Assembly (NCBI GenBank): GCA_038245785.1
Contig: JBBRSB010000003.1
Span: 32,001 to 96,000 of the forward strand
Direction of reading: 5' to 3'
DNA: 64,000 bases
Source: Gloeobacterales cyanobacterium
GTDB taxonomy: Bacteria; Cyanobacteriota; Cyanobacteriia; Gloeobacterales; PMM-0068
Shown here: positions 20,201 to 29,918 of the stretch, piece by piece
How the letters are laid out: every line of letters begins with the position of its first letter
How positions within the stretch are numbered: the first letter of the stretch is position 1
The notes under the pieces: model-generated
Databases searched by the model: none
Told to the model about the DNA's origin: nothing
The model's input: only the letters and a program-made list of their open reading frames with translations
Made by a program: the position numbers and the translations under genes

Positions 20201-20996
20201 GTCTATCCAGAAAGACCAAAGCTTCTGGGAGCAGGAAGGCTTGAGTCCTGAGCAGGCAAAAGAACAGGCCAGCTATCGAGTTTTTGGTTCTAAACCAGGA
20301 GCCTATGGAGCTGGCTTGCAGGGATTGATCGACCAACAAAACTGGACCACCAGTCAAGACTTAGCCCAAGCCTATGTGAACTGGGGAGGCTATGCCTATG
20401 GACGTGGAGGCAAAGGCAAAACGGCCCATGCTGCTTTTTCGCGCAGACTCTCCAAGTTGGAACTGGTCCTCCATAATCAAGACAATCGAGAGCATGACCT
20501 TCTGGATTCGGATGACTATTATCAGTTTCAGGGAGGGATGATTGCCGCTGTTCGAGTTTTATCTACTAAGCAGCCAAAAGCATTTTTTGGGGACCACAGC
20601 CAACCTGCCAAACCGAGGATTAAAACCTTGGAAGAAGAGATAGCCAAAGTCTTTCGTTCACGGGTGGTCAATCCCAAATGGATTCGGGGCGTCATGCGTC
20701 ATGGCTATAAAGGCGCTTTTGAGATGGCTGCGACGGTAGATTATCTATTCGCCTACGATGCAACTACTCAAGTCGTCACAGACTGGATGTATGAAGGTAT
20801 TGCCGAGACTTATTTGCTAGATCCAACCGTAAAAGATTTTCTATGTGAGAAAAATCCTTGGGCTTTGCGAGATATGGCTGAACGACTTTTGGAAGCGCAT
20901 CAACGAGACATGTGGCAAACTACAGAAGTGATGATTCACCAGTTGCAAAATCTACTTTTAGAAGCAGAAGCAGAAGTAGAAAGGGCGATTCAATAA
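17244..20996 (+). CDS. cobN: Cobaltochelatase subunit CobN
   Basis: HVGKHGNLEWLPGK, LPTGRNFY and HDLLDSDDYYQF motifs; 1250 aa; cob context. Confidence 0.95.
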   Translation: MHRLQVAPGGWTPDAEGVVFIEQTPGDIIFLTAADTEIQALSVALKQWSYPVTVRAVNLLNLQQQLTIDTYAEEVLEKAKVIIIRLLGGRSYWSYGLEVIKELSERLGIHLYLFPGDEQVDLDLMENSTVPLTQVHTLWRYLIEGGPENLLQGLRYVHAFQRQQSIENIPVQKINRWGIYTLQSRIPLSPDSPTCGLIFYRAHYLAGNLEPIEALVYALAERGIKALPVFVQSLKEPEILEALEDHFQGIDLLLNTTGFSIDSVVGNRFYRTLDVPIFQVILASSSQVIWETGTQGLSPRDVAMNVALPEIDGRIITRAISFKAEAAQDVQLETSVVTYQSESSRVQFVAALADHWIRLRRTPIQQRKIALILSNYPAKDGRLANGVGLDTPNSCIEILKALSAAGYFVEAIPSNGDDLIRTLTQGVTNDRESFEGRKIGQAVTTEAYQEFFSQLPQAVQDAVTAQWGEAPGIHKLRNFNQQKVFPVPGIQLGNIFIGIQPSRGYEEDPAANYHSPDLVPPHPYFAFYHWLRHIFEADAVVHVGKHGNLEWLPGKGIALSKACFPEAIFGPTPNFYPFIVNDPGEGAQAKRRSQAVVIDHLIPPMTRAETYGPLQELERLIDEYYEALGLDPTRLKVIEQHVRALITQHTLHQDLGIELATPVDNWLMQMDGYLCELKEAQIRDGLHIFGKAPEGTALVDLLVALARNPNPFLGNKGITQFLAEKLGLDFDPLTIDFATPWTHPIPSEVRQILALEKEPRIAGDVVEALELLAARLVAGPSPPNPLSLGRGVPEGRGEGLECLLSNLLPKVQKTHQEIDYLLKGLDGCYVPPGPSGAPTRGRLDVLPTGRNFYSLDSRAIPTQTSWDIGRRAAEALIERHVQDHGEYPTTLGLSVWGTSTMRTGGDDIAQVFALLGVQPVWDRASGRVIDFEVITRASLGRPRVDVMLRVSGFFRDAFAHVIDLFHQAVEAVAQLDESPVDNPLRMSIQKDQSFWEQEGLSPEQAKEQASYRVFGSKPGAYGAGLQGLIDQQNWTTSQDLAQAYVNWGGYAYGRGGKGKTAHAAFSRRLSKLELVLHNQDNREHDLLDSDDYYQFQGGMIAAVRVLSTKQPKAFFGDHSQPAKPRIKTLEEEIAKVFRSRVVNPKWIRGVMRHGYKGAFEMAATVDYLFAYDATTQVVTDWMYEGIAETYLLDPTVKDFLCEKNPWALRDMAERLLEAHQRDMWQTTEVMIHQLQNLLLEAEAEVERAIQ
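19581..19640. repeat. 60-nt palindromic repeat inserted in frame in cobN
   Basis: CCCTCACCCC..CCCCTCTCCCTAGGGAGAGGGG..GCCCGAAGGGC..GGGGTGAGGG, encoding PSPPNPLSLGRGVPEGRGEG. Confidence 0.85.
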
Positions 20997-20999
20997 TTT

Positions 21000-21593
21000 A
21001 TGGATATTCATCCGATTACTGCACAAAGTTTTGCCCTTATCGATCAGGAAATTGGTCCCCATAATTGGTCAGCAGAAGAGTACGCTATTGTCCGCAGAGC
21101 GATCCATACGACCGCTGATTTTGAACTGAAAGACTTATTCCACTTCAGTCCCGGAGCGATACAAGCGGGGATTACAGCCCTTCGCCAAGACCTTCCCGTG
21201 ATGGTAGATGTGCAGATGGTAGCGGTAGGGATTGCTAGTACTTTAGCCAAAGCAGAAAAGCATAAAGCTTACTGTGCCCTAGACTATCCAGGAGAAGGCC
21301 CTACCCGGACGGCTGCGGGAATGCTGACCCTAGCGGAAACCTATCCTCAAGGTCTGTTTGTCATTGGTAATGCTCCTACTGCTCTGCTGGCCTTAGTAGG
21401 GGAGATTAAAGCAGGAAAAGTTCAGCCTGCCTTAGTGATTGGAGTCCCTGTCGGGTTTGTGGCCGTTGAAGAGGCCAAACAAGCCCTATCCGCCCTAGAT
21501 ATTCCCCAAATTCAAATACGTGGACGCAAAGGGGGATCAACGATCGCAGCCGCCATCGTGAATGCCCTGGTGCATCTAGCCTCTATCGATTAG
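21000..21593 (+). CDS. cobH: Precorrin-8X/cobalt-precorrin-8 methylmutase (CobH/CbiC)
   Basis: RAIHTTADF, IGNAPTAL, GVPVGFV and GRKGGS motifs. Confidence 0.94.
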   Translation: MDIHPITAQSFALIDQEIGPHNWSAEEYAIVRRAIHTTADFELKDLFHFSPGAIQAGITALRQDLPVMVDVQMVAVGIASTLAKAEKHKAYCALDYPGEGPTRTAAGMLTLAETYPQGLFVIGNAPTALLALVGEIKAGKVQPALVIGVPVGFVAVEEAKQALSALDIPQIQIRGRKGGSTIAAAIVNALVHLASID

Positions 21594-21986
21594 AGCCTGA
21601 GGACTTTCATCACTTCTGTATGAAGGCGACGAGATCATCGTATGGTCTCTAAGGCAGGAAGTGTCTTGGCAGAGGAAGCAAGCGGACGGCTGGTAGGCCC
21701 CTGCTTCTGGTACAGGGATCATCAAATCACAGCGTGCGCAGAGGCTAAATTCCCATTGAGGCTTCAAAAGCTCCCCAAAATAAAATTCATCCCCTTCTAT
21801 TTGCAGATGTTGGAAATCTTGATGCTTGCGAAGCGAACGCCAATATAACAGAAAGGCTACACTTAGCCCTTCTGAACCAATTACATGGGATTGGAATGAC
21901 AAAACACCATGCACAGGACTTACTACCTTCTTGCCCTGGTGAACATGAAAGGCAACATAATTACGGACAGCTTGCAAGTTTGCCAT
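21576..21986 (-). CDS. Hypothetical protein with Cys motifs
   Basis: Probable start MANL at 21986; WEFSLCARC and CFLC; resembles a conserved cyanobacterial family. Confidence 0.65.
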   Translation of the reverse strand: MANLQAVRNYVAFHVHQGKKVVSPVHGVLSFQSHVIGSEGLSVAFLLYWRSLRKHQDFQHLQIEGDEFYFGELLKPQWEFSLCARCDLMIPVPEAGAYQPSACFLCQDTSCLRDHTMISSPSYRSDESPQALIDRG

Positions 21987-22249
21987 AGGCTTGTCCAAAT
22001 GCGTTGCTAGGTTCTGAGATCTCCATCTTGTTGCATTTATATATAACTCACTTATTTGATCACAGTTTCTACGTAATTGACAGCATATTTTTAGCCTGAT
22101 TATAAGGAAATCATGAAGCAGCAAACTGATAGGAACTTATACTCATTGATGGAGAGGGGATCAGATTGGTAGACAATTACGGCCAATTTTCGCCGTAGAT
22201 TAGAGACTAAGATCTCTTAAATTAAACAAACCCCAGTAGATGAAGCCCC

Positions 22250-23533
22250 GTGATTGATCTCAAAGCCCTACGCCAGAACCCAGAACTCTTCAAGACCAGA
22301 CTATTGAGCCGGAATGATAGCTATGGTCCTTTGGTGGACACCCTGCTCACCCTGGAACAAGAACGTAGAAAACTCTTAACCGAGCGCAGTGAAACGGAAG
22401 CCAAATCCAATGCTATCGGCAAGGAAGTGGGCCAACGGATGCGCACAAATTCTCAGGATGCGGAGATTGTGGCCCTAAAAGAAGAAGGTACGGCCCTCAA
22501 AAACCAGATTGCAGAACTATTAGCCAAAGAAAGAGCGGTTGAAGAACAGGTTGAGACGCTAGCGCTCACCGTGCCCAACCTGCCTCATCCATCCGTTCCC
22601 CCAGGAGCAGATGAAAAAGAAAATATTGAAGTCCGTCGCTGGGGCACTCCCCGCAGTTTTAACTTTGAACCGAAACCCCACTGGGAAGTAGGAGAACAGC
22701 TTGGGATCCTTGAAGTCAGCAGAGCCGTAAAAATAGCACAGACTCGCTTCATTGCCTTAGTCGGTCTGGGCGCCAAGCTAGAGCGAGCTTTGGCGAACCT
22801 GATGCTAGACCGTCATTTGGATCATGGTTATACCGAAGTTTCCCCTCCGCTGCTGGTTAACTCCGAGAGCTTAAAAGGAACCGGACAACTGCCTAAATTT
22901 GCAGAAGATTTGTTTAAGTGCTCTGAAGATGACCTCTGGCTGATTCCCACGGCCGAAGTTCCCCTCACCAATCTGTACCGAGAAGAAATTTTAGATGTGG
23001 CCCAACTGCCTATCTATCATGTAGCGCATACGCCTTGTTTCCGCAGAGAAGCAGGGAGTGCCGGACGAGACACCCGTGGGCTCATTCGCCTCCATCAGTT
23101 CAACAAAGTAGAAATGGTGAAAATTACCCATCCTGATACTTCCTATGAAGAGCATGAAAAACTGGTGCAGGATGCAGAAGCAATTTTGCAAATGCTGGAA
23201 TTACCCTATCGAGTTGTGCTTCTGTGCACGGGCGATATGGGGTTTTCTGCCACGAAATGCTATGACCTTGAAGTTTGGCTCCCCGGTCAAAACACCTATC
23301 GAGAGATTTCTAGCTGTTCGAACTGCGAAGATTTCCAGGCGCGTAGAGCCAGTATTCGCTTCAAAGACCAAAATCAAAAAGGGACTCAGTTTGCCCATAC
23401 CCTCAATGGCTCTGGTTTGGCGATAGGCCGCACCTTAGTAGCAATTTTAGAAAATTATCAGAATGCCGATGGCAGTCTAATAATCCCTAAGGCGCTACGT
23501 CCTTATATGGGAGGTTTAGAGCAGATTGCCTAA
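22250..23533 (+). CDS. serS: Serine-tRNA ligase
   Basis: [24 protein letters not shown] and TLNGSGLA motifs. Confidence 0.97.
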   Translation: MIDLKALRQNPELFKTRLLSRNDSYGPLVDTLLTLEQERRKLLTERSETEAKSNAIGKEVGQRMRTNSQDAEIVALKEEGTALKNQIAELLAKERAVEEQVETLALTVPNLPHPSVPPGADEKENIEVRRWGTPRSFNFEPKPHWEVGEQLGILEVSRAVKIAQTRFIALVGLGAKLERALANLMLDRHLDHGYTEVSPPLLVNSESLKGTGQLPKFAEDLFKCSEDDLWLIPTAEVPLTNLYREEILDVAQLPIYHVAHTPCFRREAGSAGRDTRGLIRLHQFNKVEMVKITHPDTSYEEHEKLVQDAEAILQMLELPYRVVLLCTGDMGFSATKCYDLEVWLPGQNTYREISSCSNCEDFQARRASIRFKDQNQKGTQFAHTLNGSGLAIGRTLVAILENYQNADGSLIIPKALRPYMGGLEQIA

Positions 23534-23554
23534 CGATGCTTTGGAAAGACTGAG

Positions 23555-24892
23555 TTACTGAATAGAAACAAACCCTGCTTGCTCAATGGCCTACTGCCCT
23601 TGATTGGTTAGCAGCAGTTTGACATATGCTTCACCCATCTGTTGCGCTTTTCCTTGGTCCTGTTTAACAATCACAAAGAGCTTCCTGGTGAGAGGATAGC
23701 TACCGCTTCTAAAGGCTGTGATGTTCACCTGATTGCGTTGCTGTGGACATTTCTGGGGCGGGACTAGGGGTTCGCGGTAAGGGGGCACAAATTGATTCGC
23801 TTGCCCGATCAAAGGCAGCACTTTGACTCGACACTGGGGAATGACGCTGGAGGTAGATGCATAGTAGATGCCACCCGGCGTTCTGCTGAGTTGACGCAGT
23901 CTATCTGTGACGGTGTAAACAAACTTTACAGAAGCGGCAAAGGGTTTTTTCTGCAAGACACTTTCCTGCAAAAACTCTACAGTGCCTGAACTTTGTGGTC
24001 GTCTGGAGAAGGGAGTGATCGGTAAATCAGGCCCTCCTATCTGTTTCCAATTGGTAACCTTCCCTAAATAGATCTGCTGCAGCTGTTCAATGGTTAAATG
24101 ACGCACATGCAACGTTGGATTGACGGCCACGGCAATACCATCAATGCCTACCGAATATTGCTTTACTGTAAAACCGCGCTTCTTGGCTATCGCATATTCT
24201 GCATCCTTTAAGGGGCGAGAAGATTGAGCGAAGTCGAGCTGTCCATCGAGGAGTAAACGGATGCCCGCTCCCGAACTGGGAGGGCCGCTCACTGGGTCTA
24301 CATAGCGTAGCTGCAGTCGAGGATAAACGGATTGAAGTTGCGGGTTGACCTTTTTGCGAATGGGAGCCCAGGTGGTGCTCCCGCCATAGTTTAACAGACC
24401 GCTTGGCACCCCAGCCACGTCCTGAAAAGTCGCTGAAGCTAAAACGGTCGGGTTCTGCCTGTTTCCCCAGAGTGTGCTCAAGATCCAGAAGAGTCCTCCG
24501 CCCAGAAAGGCAGCAATGACTCCCGTGTCCAGATTGTCAAAGTGAAATCCTGGCAACAGGTCCTCAGCTCCCTGATGAAGTGCCTAACGGTGTTCTGCCT
24601 CTGAAATTTCCTCCTTTGATCCATTCGTCAGAACAATCTTTAGGTCAGGGCAGTGGGTGTGACACCATTGGCAGAGGTCATAGGCATGCAAATTAGGCAT
24701 TTCCAGATCTATGAGCAACAAGTCTGGCCGAGCCGTTCTGGCTTCCTTGAGATAGCCAGTCATTTGGTCTAGGCTGGTCTCTGAAGATGCCCAGATCACT
24801 GAAATTTTCTGAGATGCCAGTGCGGCTCTCCAGATTTCAGCCTGGAATCTCAGCGGATTTAGCATCAGAACTGTTTTGCTGGAGCTAACCAT
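23555..24892 (-). pseudogene. Receiver-like domain + TM + PstS-family binding domain fusion, interrupted by two in-frame TAG codons
   Basis: ORFs 24584-24892 and 23591-24556 share one frame; reads ...EAEHR*ALHQGAEDLLPGF... and ...TNQGQ*AIEQAGFVSIQ-TAA; PstS motifs GGSTT, SSRPL, SGT and YPLTRKL. Confidence 0.8.
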
Positions 24893-25083
24893 AGAATAAA
24901 GTTTTCAATTAACAAAGAGTTTTGTTAGCTGCTTGGCTCAGACCGTATTTCTAGATGAGCCCAGCTTCACATAAATAACCGAGTTCGTCTTCAGTAGTGG
25001 CCGAGTTCATCCTCTGTGCATTACGTATTGAGGCACGGGTGCTATGCGCAATAAATAGCAAGAATCTGGAAGTCTACTAACAG

Positions 25084-26160
25084 TCAATTAACCAATTCTT
25101 TCTCTTTATGCGCAGCCTGTTGTCCAGAGCGCACCAACTTTTTAGCCTGCTCATGTTCTTCATTGGTGCGGCTAAAAATATGGGTGCCGTTATAGCGGGC
25201 CATGAAATAAAGGTAGTCTGTGCCCTCAGGCTTCGCCACCGCTTCCAGACTGGCCTTTCCTGGAGAAGCAATCGGAGTCGGCGGTAAGCCAGCGGTGATA
25301 TAGGTGTTGTAGGGAGATTTCTGACGGACTTGAGCATAGGTAAGATTTTTTTGGGCCGTCTGCTTGAGGTTAAAGGCATACTCCACCGTCGGATCAGAGC
25401 CCAAGGGCATCCTTTTAGTCAAGCGATTCAGAAAGACCCCACCAATCAAAGGTCTCTCCTCTGGGACTGCTGCCTCTTTCTCCACAATGCTTGCCAGGGT
25501 TGTAAATTCGACTAAAGAAAATTTGCTGCCACTGTCTTTGTACATAGGCAGCGCGATTTTTTCATAGCGGTCGAGCATGGCATTCACCACCGCTTTCGGC
25601 GTCAGACCATCGTGAGGGAGTTCGTAGGTATCGGGAAAGAGAAATCCTTCTAAGCGGTCAACATTTTCAGGAATCCAGGAGCGTTGAAGCCGCTCTGGGC
25701 CAATGGTTAAAGCGAGGAACTGCTCTGGCGTATAGTTCACTTCCGCTGGGAAATAGCTAGCTTGTTTAAAGTATTCAGCGATCTGTCTGAGATTCCAGCC
25801 TTCTGGAATCGTAAATCTATCGGTGACCACTTTGCCTTCATGAATTTGCAGGGCAATTTGGTCTAGCGACTGATTGGGATCAAGACGGTAAGTGCCCGCC
25901 TGCAGCCCCTTATCCCAATTCTTTTGCGCAACCAGCAGTCGCCAAGCGTTAGCAGAGCGAATTATGCCTTTTTTCTCTAACAAGTTTCCGGTGGCGATGG
26001 TCCCAGAACCTTTAGGAATCACAATCGTGACGGCTTCCCCGCCTCTGGGTTTGAGAATATCTTGCCACCAAAGCCAACCTCCGGCACCCATCAGGGCAGC
26101 AATTAAACCGCCAATGATTCCAATAGCACGCTTTTTAATGGCCGTGGTCCTCTTCTTCAT
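25084..26160 (-). CDS. mltG: Endolytic transglycosylase MltG
   Basis: TIPEG, LEGFLFPDTY, ASIVEKE, SPYNTY and GLPPTPI motifs; N-terminal TM. Confidence 0.94.
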   Translation of the reverse strand: MKKRTTAIKKRAIGIIGGLIAALMGAGGWLWWQDILKPRGGEAVTIVIPKGSGTIATGNLLEKKGIIRSANAWRLLVAQKNWDKGLQAGTYRLDPNQSLDQIALQIHEGKVVTDRFTIPEGWNLRQIAEYFKQASYFPAEVNYTPEQFLALTIGPERLQRSWIPENVDRLEGFLFPDTYELPHDGLTPKAVVNAMLDRYEKIALPMYKDSGSKFSLVEFTTLASIVEKEAAVPEERPLIGGVFLNRLTKRMPLGSDPTVEYAFNLKQTAQKNLTYAQVRQKSPYNTYITAGLPPTPIASPGKASLEAVAKPEGTDYLYFMARYNGTHIFSRTNEEHEQAKKLVRSGQQAAHKEKELVN

Positions 26161-26707
26161 CCTCTTGTTGACGGAGGAATTCTTCAAATACAGGCATCAA
26201 CTCCTCTGTCTCCTTAGGAGCAAGAAGACGAGCTGATTTGCTCCCCTCCGTTTGGTCTAATTCTACAAAAAGAATAACGGGTTCCAACGGGGTAAATACG
26301 GCGTATTCCCGGTCATCTTCTAAGAAGGATGCAAGGAGTTGGTACTCTTCTTCTTCGCCCTCTTCTTCACAAATAGTGTAGATAGAATCTTCTTCGTCCT
26401 CTTCATCTTCCTCGTCCGGACCAGGAACGTCCCCCTCTACGACCAAAACGTAGGCAGAATCGAGCAAACTGAGGTCTTGCTCGGCAAGCACAGCACGGGC
26501 ATTTGGAAAGACTTTGATCACTTCATCATCGTCTAAGTCCTCGAGTGTCGGTTCTTCCTCGTCATCACTCCAGGCCATTACCCGCACAGGAGTGAGATTC
26601 GGCATCACCAGACCATAAATCTTGCTCTCCATAGGGATTTGCTGCAGGAGTTCACAGTCTAGGGTGCGCCCTTTTTCATCGGTTAAGACTAAGGCTTCAC
26701 TGGTCAT
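26135..26707 (-). CDS. Acidic DUF3727/DUF1292-like protein
   Basis: Very acidic; lies between ruvX and mltG as in the usual cyanobacterial order; ATGA overlap with ruvX. Confidence 0.8.
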   Translation of the reverse strand: MTSEALVLTDEKGRTLDCELLQQIPMESKIYGLVMPNLTPVRVMAWSDDEEEPTLEDLDDDEVIKVFPNARAVLAEQDLSLLDSAYVLVVEGDVPGPDEEDEEDEEDSIYTICEEEGEEEEYQLLASFLEDDREYAVFTPLEPVILFVELDQTEGSKSARLLAPKETEELMPVFEEFLRQQEDEEEDHGH

Positions 26708-27156
26708 GGTGTCGGGTCCTCTGAAATAGCAGGAGATGATTGCCAGCGTCGCTGGTCGAGCCATTGCTGGAGAATGAGCACGGCGGATTCTTGGTCTACG
26801 AGGGCTCGCCGTTTGGCAGCGGAGAGGTTCCTTGTGAGGAGGGTTCGCTTAGCTTGAACGGTGGTCAGTCGTTCGTCCACATAGTGAATGGGAAGATGGA
26901 AAGCTGCATCTAATTGATCGCCAAAACGTTGGACTTTTTGAGCTTGCTGACCTACACTACCATTCATATTTCGGGGCAATCCCAAAATCAACGCATCCAC
27001 ACGACGGAGAAGAATCCAATCTTGAAGCTTGGCCAAGTCTTGCTCCAAGCCTTGGCGTTCAATCGTGCCTAGGCCTGTTGCCACTAGACCCGTCGGGTCA
27101 GAGCCTGCCAAGCCAATGCGACGGTCTCCTACATCTAATCCCAAAGCTGAGACCAT
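26704..27156 (-). CDS. ruvX: YqgF/RuvX pre-16S rRNA nuclease
   Basis: LGLDVGDRRIG, GLP, DERLTT and VD..SA..ILQ motifs. Confidence 0.93.
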   Translation of the reverse strand: MVSALGLDVGDRRIGLAGSDPTGLVATGLGTIERQGLEQDLAKLQDWILLRRVDALILGLPRNMNGSVGQQAQKVQRFGDQLDAAFHLPIHYVDERLTTVQAKRTLLTRNLSAAKRRALVDQESAVLILQQWLDQRRWQSSPAISEDPTP

Positions 27157-27269
27157 AGTCTCCCAAAAACCCTTTGGACTATCCTAAAGGGCGACGGTAC
27201 AGGAAGCTAGTTTTTGCTAGATCTGTCTTTTGCAGCAGCAGTCTATGGAACAGGATTTAAAATATTTCC

Positions 27270-27539
27270 ATGCAAACAGTTATTCTGCTGAATTTCACCC
27301 TGACGCTTATTTGTTTGGTTCTTCTGTTCCAAGTCTTACGTTTGCTGCAGGTAGTGAGTGCTAAAGCTCAGGAATTAGAAGAAACAGTGGAGACCCTGAC
27401 CTTGGCGCTTCCACAGCTCCAGCTCCAAATTCGACAGGGCCACGATAAACTGCTTGCTCTTCAGCAAGTGCGTAAAGTTGTCGGCAGTGTGCTGAAGCAA
27501 TTACCAAAGGTTTACCATTTTCTGCGTAATAGAAGATAA
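27270..27539 (+). CDS. Small membrane-anchored coiled-coil protein
   Basis: N-terminal TM then coiled coil; co-oriented with the YtxH gene. Confidence 0.65.
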   Translation: MQTVILLNFTLTLICLVLLFQVLRLLQVVSAKAQELEETVETLTLALPQLQLQIRQGHDKLLALQQVRKVVGSVLKQLPKVYHFLRNRR

Positions 27540-27583
27540 CGGAAGGAAGACAAGAGCAAATAAACGATTTAAAGTAAGAGAAA

Positions 27584-27946
27584 ATGGATACCGTTATGGC
27601 TGACGACAGTACTGGAAATTTTCTGGGGGGCTTTGTGCTCGGAGCCATGCTGGGTGGGATGACAGCTCTGCTCCTTGCTCCTAGAGCGGGTAGTGAAACC
27701 CGTCGCATCCTGCGCGATTCCGTCGACACTCTGCCTGACACAGCCGAAGATACGCTGGATAACCTGCAAGTGCAAGCAGACCGATTGGTCAAGCAAACCC
27801 GCCATAGCCTGGATGAAGCAATGGAGCGACTCCAAGAGGCCGTGGATGCAGCTCGGGTCGCTGCGGCCCGCAAACGCAGTGAACTAGACCCAGGGGCTCC
27901 CCCACCTGAAGGGGCTGACATCATGCCGGAGATTGAGTCTTCGTGA
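27584..27946 (+). CDS. YtxH-domain protein
   Basis: FLGGFVLGAMLG...LLLAPRAGSETR motif. Confidence 0.88.
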   Translation: MDTVMADDSTGNFLGGFVLGAMLGGMTALLLAPRAGSETRRILRDSVDTLPDTAEDTLDNLQVQADRLVKQTRHSLDEAMERLQEAVDAARVAAARKRSELDPGAPPPEGADIMPEIESS

Positions 27947-28317
27947 TGGATCCTCAGTTCTGGATAGGAATTTCAGCAGGACTTCTAGGGGCGGCACTTT
28001 TGGCCCTGGTCTTATCCCTACTGCCCCTTTTGGCCCAACTGACCCGTACGGCCCGCAGTGCGGAGCGACTTTTGGACTTGGTAGAACGGGAATTGCCTCC
28101 CATCCTGGATGCGTTGCAGCAAACCACGGCCGAAGTTTCCGATATTTCCCAAGAGGTAGGCGGTGGACTGAAGCGGGTCAACCAAACGGTTGATGCGGTG
28201 GGTACTGGCTTGGGTGTTTTTCAGACGGGTGTTTCCCAGGTCAATGTGCGCTCCAGGGCCTGGGCTGCTGGGGCAAAAGCGGCCTGGAAGACTTTGAGAC
28301 AGCCTAAGTCAGATTAA
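27943..28317 (+). CDS. DUF948-like membrane protein
   Basis: N-terminal TM, ARSAERL...RELPP; overlaps the YtxH stop. Confidence 0.8.
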   Translation: MMDPQFWIGISAGLLGAALLALVLSLLPLLAQLTRTARSAERLLDLVERELPPILDALQQTTAEVSDISQEVGGGLKRVNQTVDAVGTGLGVFQTGVSQVNVRSRAWAAGAKAAWKTLRQPKSD

Positions 28318-28389
28318 CTGTGCGCAGAATAGGCAGTTTCCCGTACAATGGTTGCTCATCCATCCTCTTACGCAGTGGAGACCAGGCGT

Positions 28390-28491
28390 ATGCCTAGCAC
28401 TATTATTTCTTTAATTCTTCTGTTTGTCCTCTTGGCGATGGGACCTGCAGTCATCTTCTTCTGGTGGCTCAAGAAGGGTTCTGTCGGCTAA
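28390..28491 (+). CDS. psb30: Photosystem II subunit Psb30/Ycf12-like peptide (33 aa, not in ORF track)
   Basis: MPSTIISLILLFVLLAMGPAVIFFWWLKKGSVG; GP.VI..+KG pattern of Ycf12; GGAG RBS at 28377-28380. Confidence 0.7.
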   Translation: MPSTIISLILLFVLLAMGPAVIFFWWLKKGSVG

Positions 28492-28501
28492 TCCAAGTGC
28501 A

Positions 28502-29755
28502 TTAAATAGGCGAAGACGGGTTTAGAAGGTTTAAAAAGTACCCAACCAGGTACAAAGACCCGCATAGTACTGTTCGTTTGTTTGTTGGCTGTTCTTTCTC
28601 AAGAGTAGCCAAAGCTTTTTCCAAGGTTAGATACGCCTCATATAGCTCCAAATCAGGACAGATGCGCTTCGCTTCTTGAGCTAGATTGACTGGAGATACG
28701 GTTGCGGCAGAAGGCACCGGAACGGCAGAAAATTGGTCTCCAGGTCGCAGCAGCAATTGGAGCATAGCGCTGTAGCTTTTAGTATTCAGAACGCCCATGA
28801 TCCAGTGGATAGGCTGTTCTCCTAAGTAGGATCGGAGGGCCAGTGCTGCCTCTGTATTGTGCGCTCCATCGATCAAGAGGGGATGACCTTGATAGACCAC
28901 TTCCTGATAGCGTCCGGGCCACTGTGCCTGCGCTAATCCTTCTTTCATAGAGGTTTCTGGCAAACCTAATACATGCCCGACCTGGAGGGCTAGGGCACTA
29001 TTCTGTCCCTGTATACATCCCAGGAGCTGAGTCGTGTATGTAAAGTTCCCCACGCACCAGCCTTCTTGGGCCATTTTGGCAGGATTTACCCAATAAAGCG
29101 GAGCTGCCAGGTCTTTAGCTTTTTGCTCGACGACTTTTAGGGCTTCTATCGGCAAATTTCCGACGACTACAGGCACACCCGGTTTGATAATCCCTGCTTT
29201 CTCCTTGGCAATCTCCGCCAGCGTATCTCCTAAGCGGTCCTGATGGTCAAAACCAATGCTGGTGATAACCGTAGCGACCGGATGATCAAAGACATTGGTG
29301 GCATCTAAGCGTCCTCCCAAGCCAACTTCCACTACAACGTGATCTAACTTTTCTTGGGCAAAATAGCCAAAAGCCGCTGCCGTAAAGGCTTCAAACTGAG
29401 TAATTTGGAGCTGCGGATGCTGTTCTAAAATAGTCGCTACTTTTTGCAGGGCTTGATTCAAAGCATCTGGAGTAATCGACTGTCCGCGCACCCAAATCCG
29501 TTCGGGCCAGTCGATGAGATGAGGAGAGGTATAGCGTCCAGTGGCATAGCCACTGCTGTGCAGCATTTGCGCTATGTAGGCACAGGTAGAACCTTTCCCA
29601 TTCGTCCCCGCTACATGAATAACCTGCAAGGACTGATGCGGATTGCCCATCAGCGCCAGCAGTTCCCGAATCGGCTCCAAGCCTAGCTCGATGCCAAAGC
29701 GGTCCAATCCGTTGAGGAACCGCGTATAGAAGAAGGGCGATTCTACGATGGTCAT
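28502..29755 (-). CDS. folC: Folylpolyglutamate synthase/dihydrofolate synthase
   Basis: HVAGTNGKGST, YTSPHL, EVGLGGRLDATNV, WPGR and DGAHN motifs; start at 29755 (the longer ORF runs into the tRNA). Confidence 0.95.
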   Translation of the reverse strand: MTIVESPFFYTRFLNGLDRFGIELGLEPIRELLALMGNPHQSLQVIHVAGTNGKGSTCAYIAQMLHSSGYATGRYTSPHLIDWPERIWVRGQSITPDALNQALQKVATILEQHPQLQITQFEAFTAAAFGYFAQEKLDHVVVEVGLGGRLDATNVFDHPVATVITSIGFDHQDRLGDTLAEIAKEKAGIIKPGVPVVVGNLPIEALKVVEQKAKDLAAPLYWVNPAKMAQEGWCVGNFTYTTQLLGCIQGQNSALALQVGHVLGLPETSMKEGLAQAQWPGRYQEVVYQGHPLLIDGAHNTEAALALRSYLGEQPIHWIMGVLNTKSYSAMLQLLLRPGDQFSAVPVPSAATVSPVNLAQEAKRICPDLELYEAYLTLEKALATLEKEQPTNKRTVLCGSLYLVGYFLNLLNPSSPI

Positions 29756-29779
29756 TCGGTCATAAAAAAGGGTGAAATC

Positions 29780-29871
29780 TGGCGGAGAGAGAGGGATTCG
29801 AACCCTCGACACAGTTTAACCCGTGTAACAACTTAGCAGGTTGCCGCTTTCGACCACTCAGCCATCTCTCC
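29780..29871 (-). tRNA. trnS: tRNA-Ser(GCT), CCA encoded
   Basis: GGAGAGA/TCTCTCC acceptor stem, CAAC-CTGCTAA-GTTG anticodon arm, long variable arm, GTTCGAATCC T-loop. Confidence 0.96.
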
Positions 29872-29918
29872 GGGTTCAGTGATCGTACCATAGCCGACTG
29901 TGGTTTGGCTGATTCATT

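Noticed and set aside
27361..27924. 187-aa minus-strand ORF and other long antisense ORFs
   Set aside because: Shadows of well-supported genes on the opposite strand
29756..29812. folC N-terminal extension MSRVRIPLSP
   Set aside because: Translation of the tRNA-Ser T-arm
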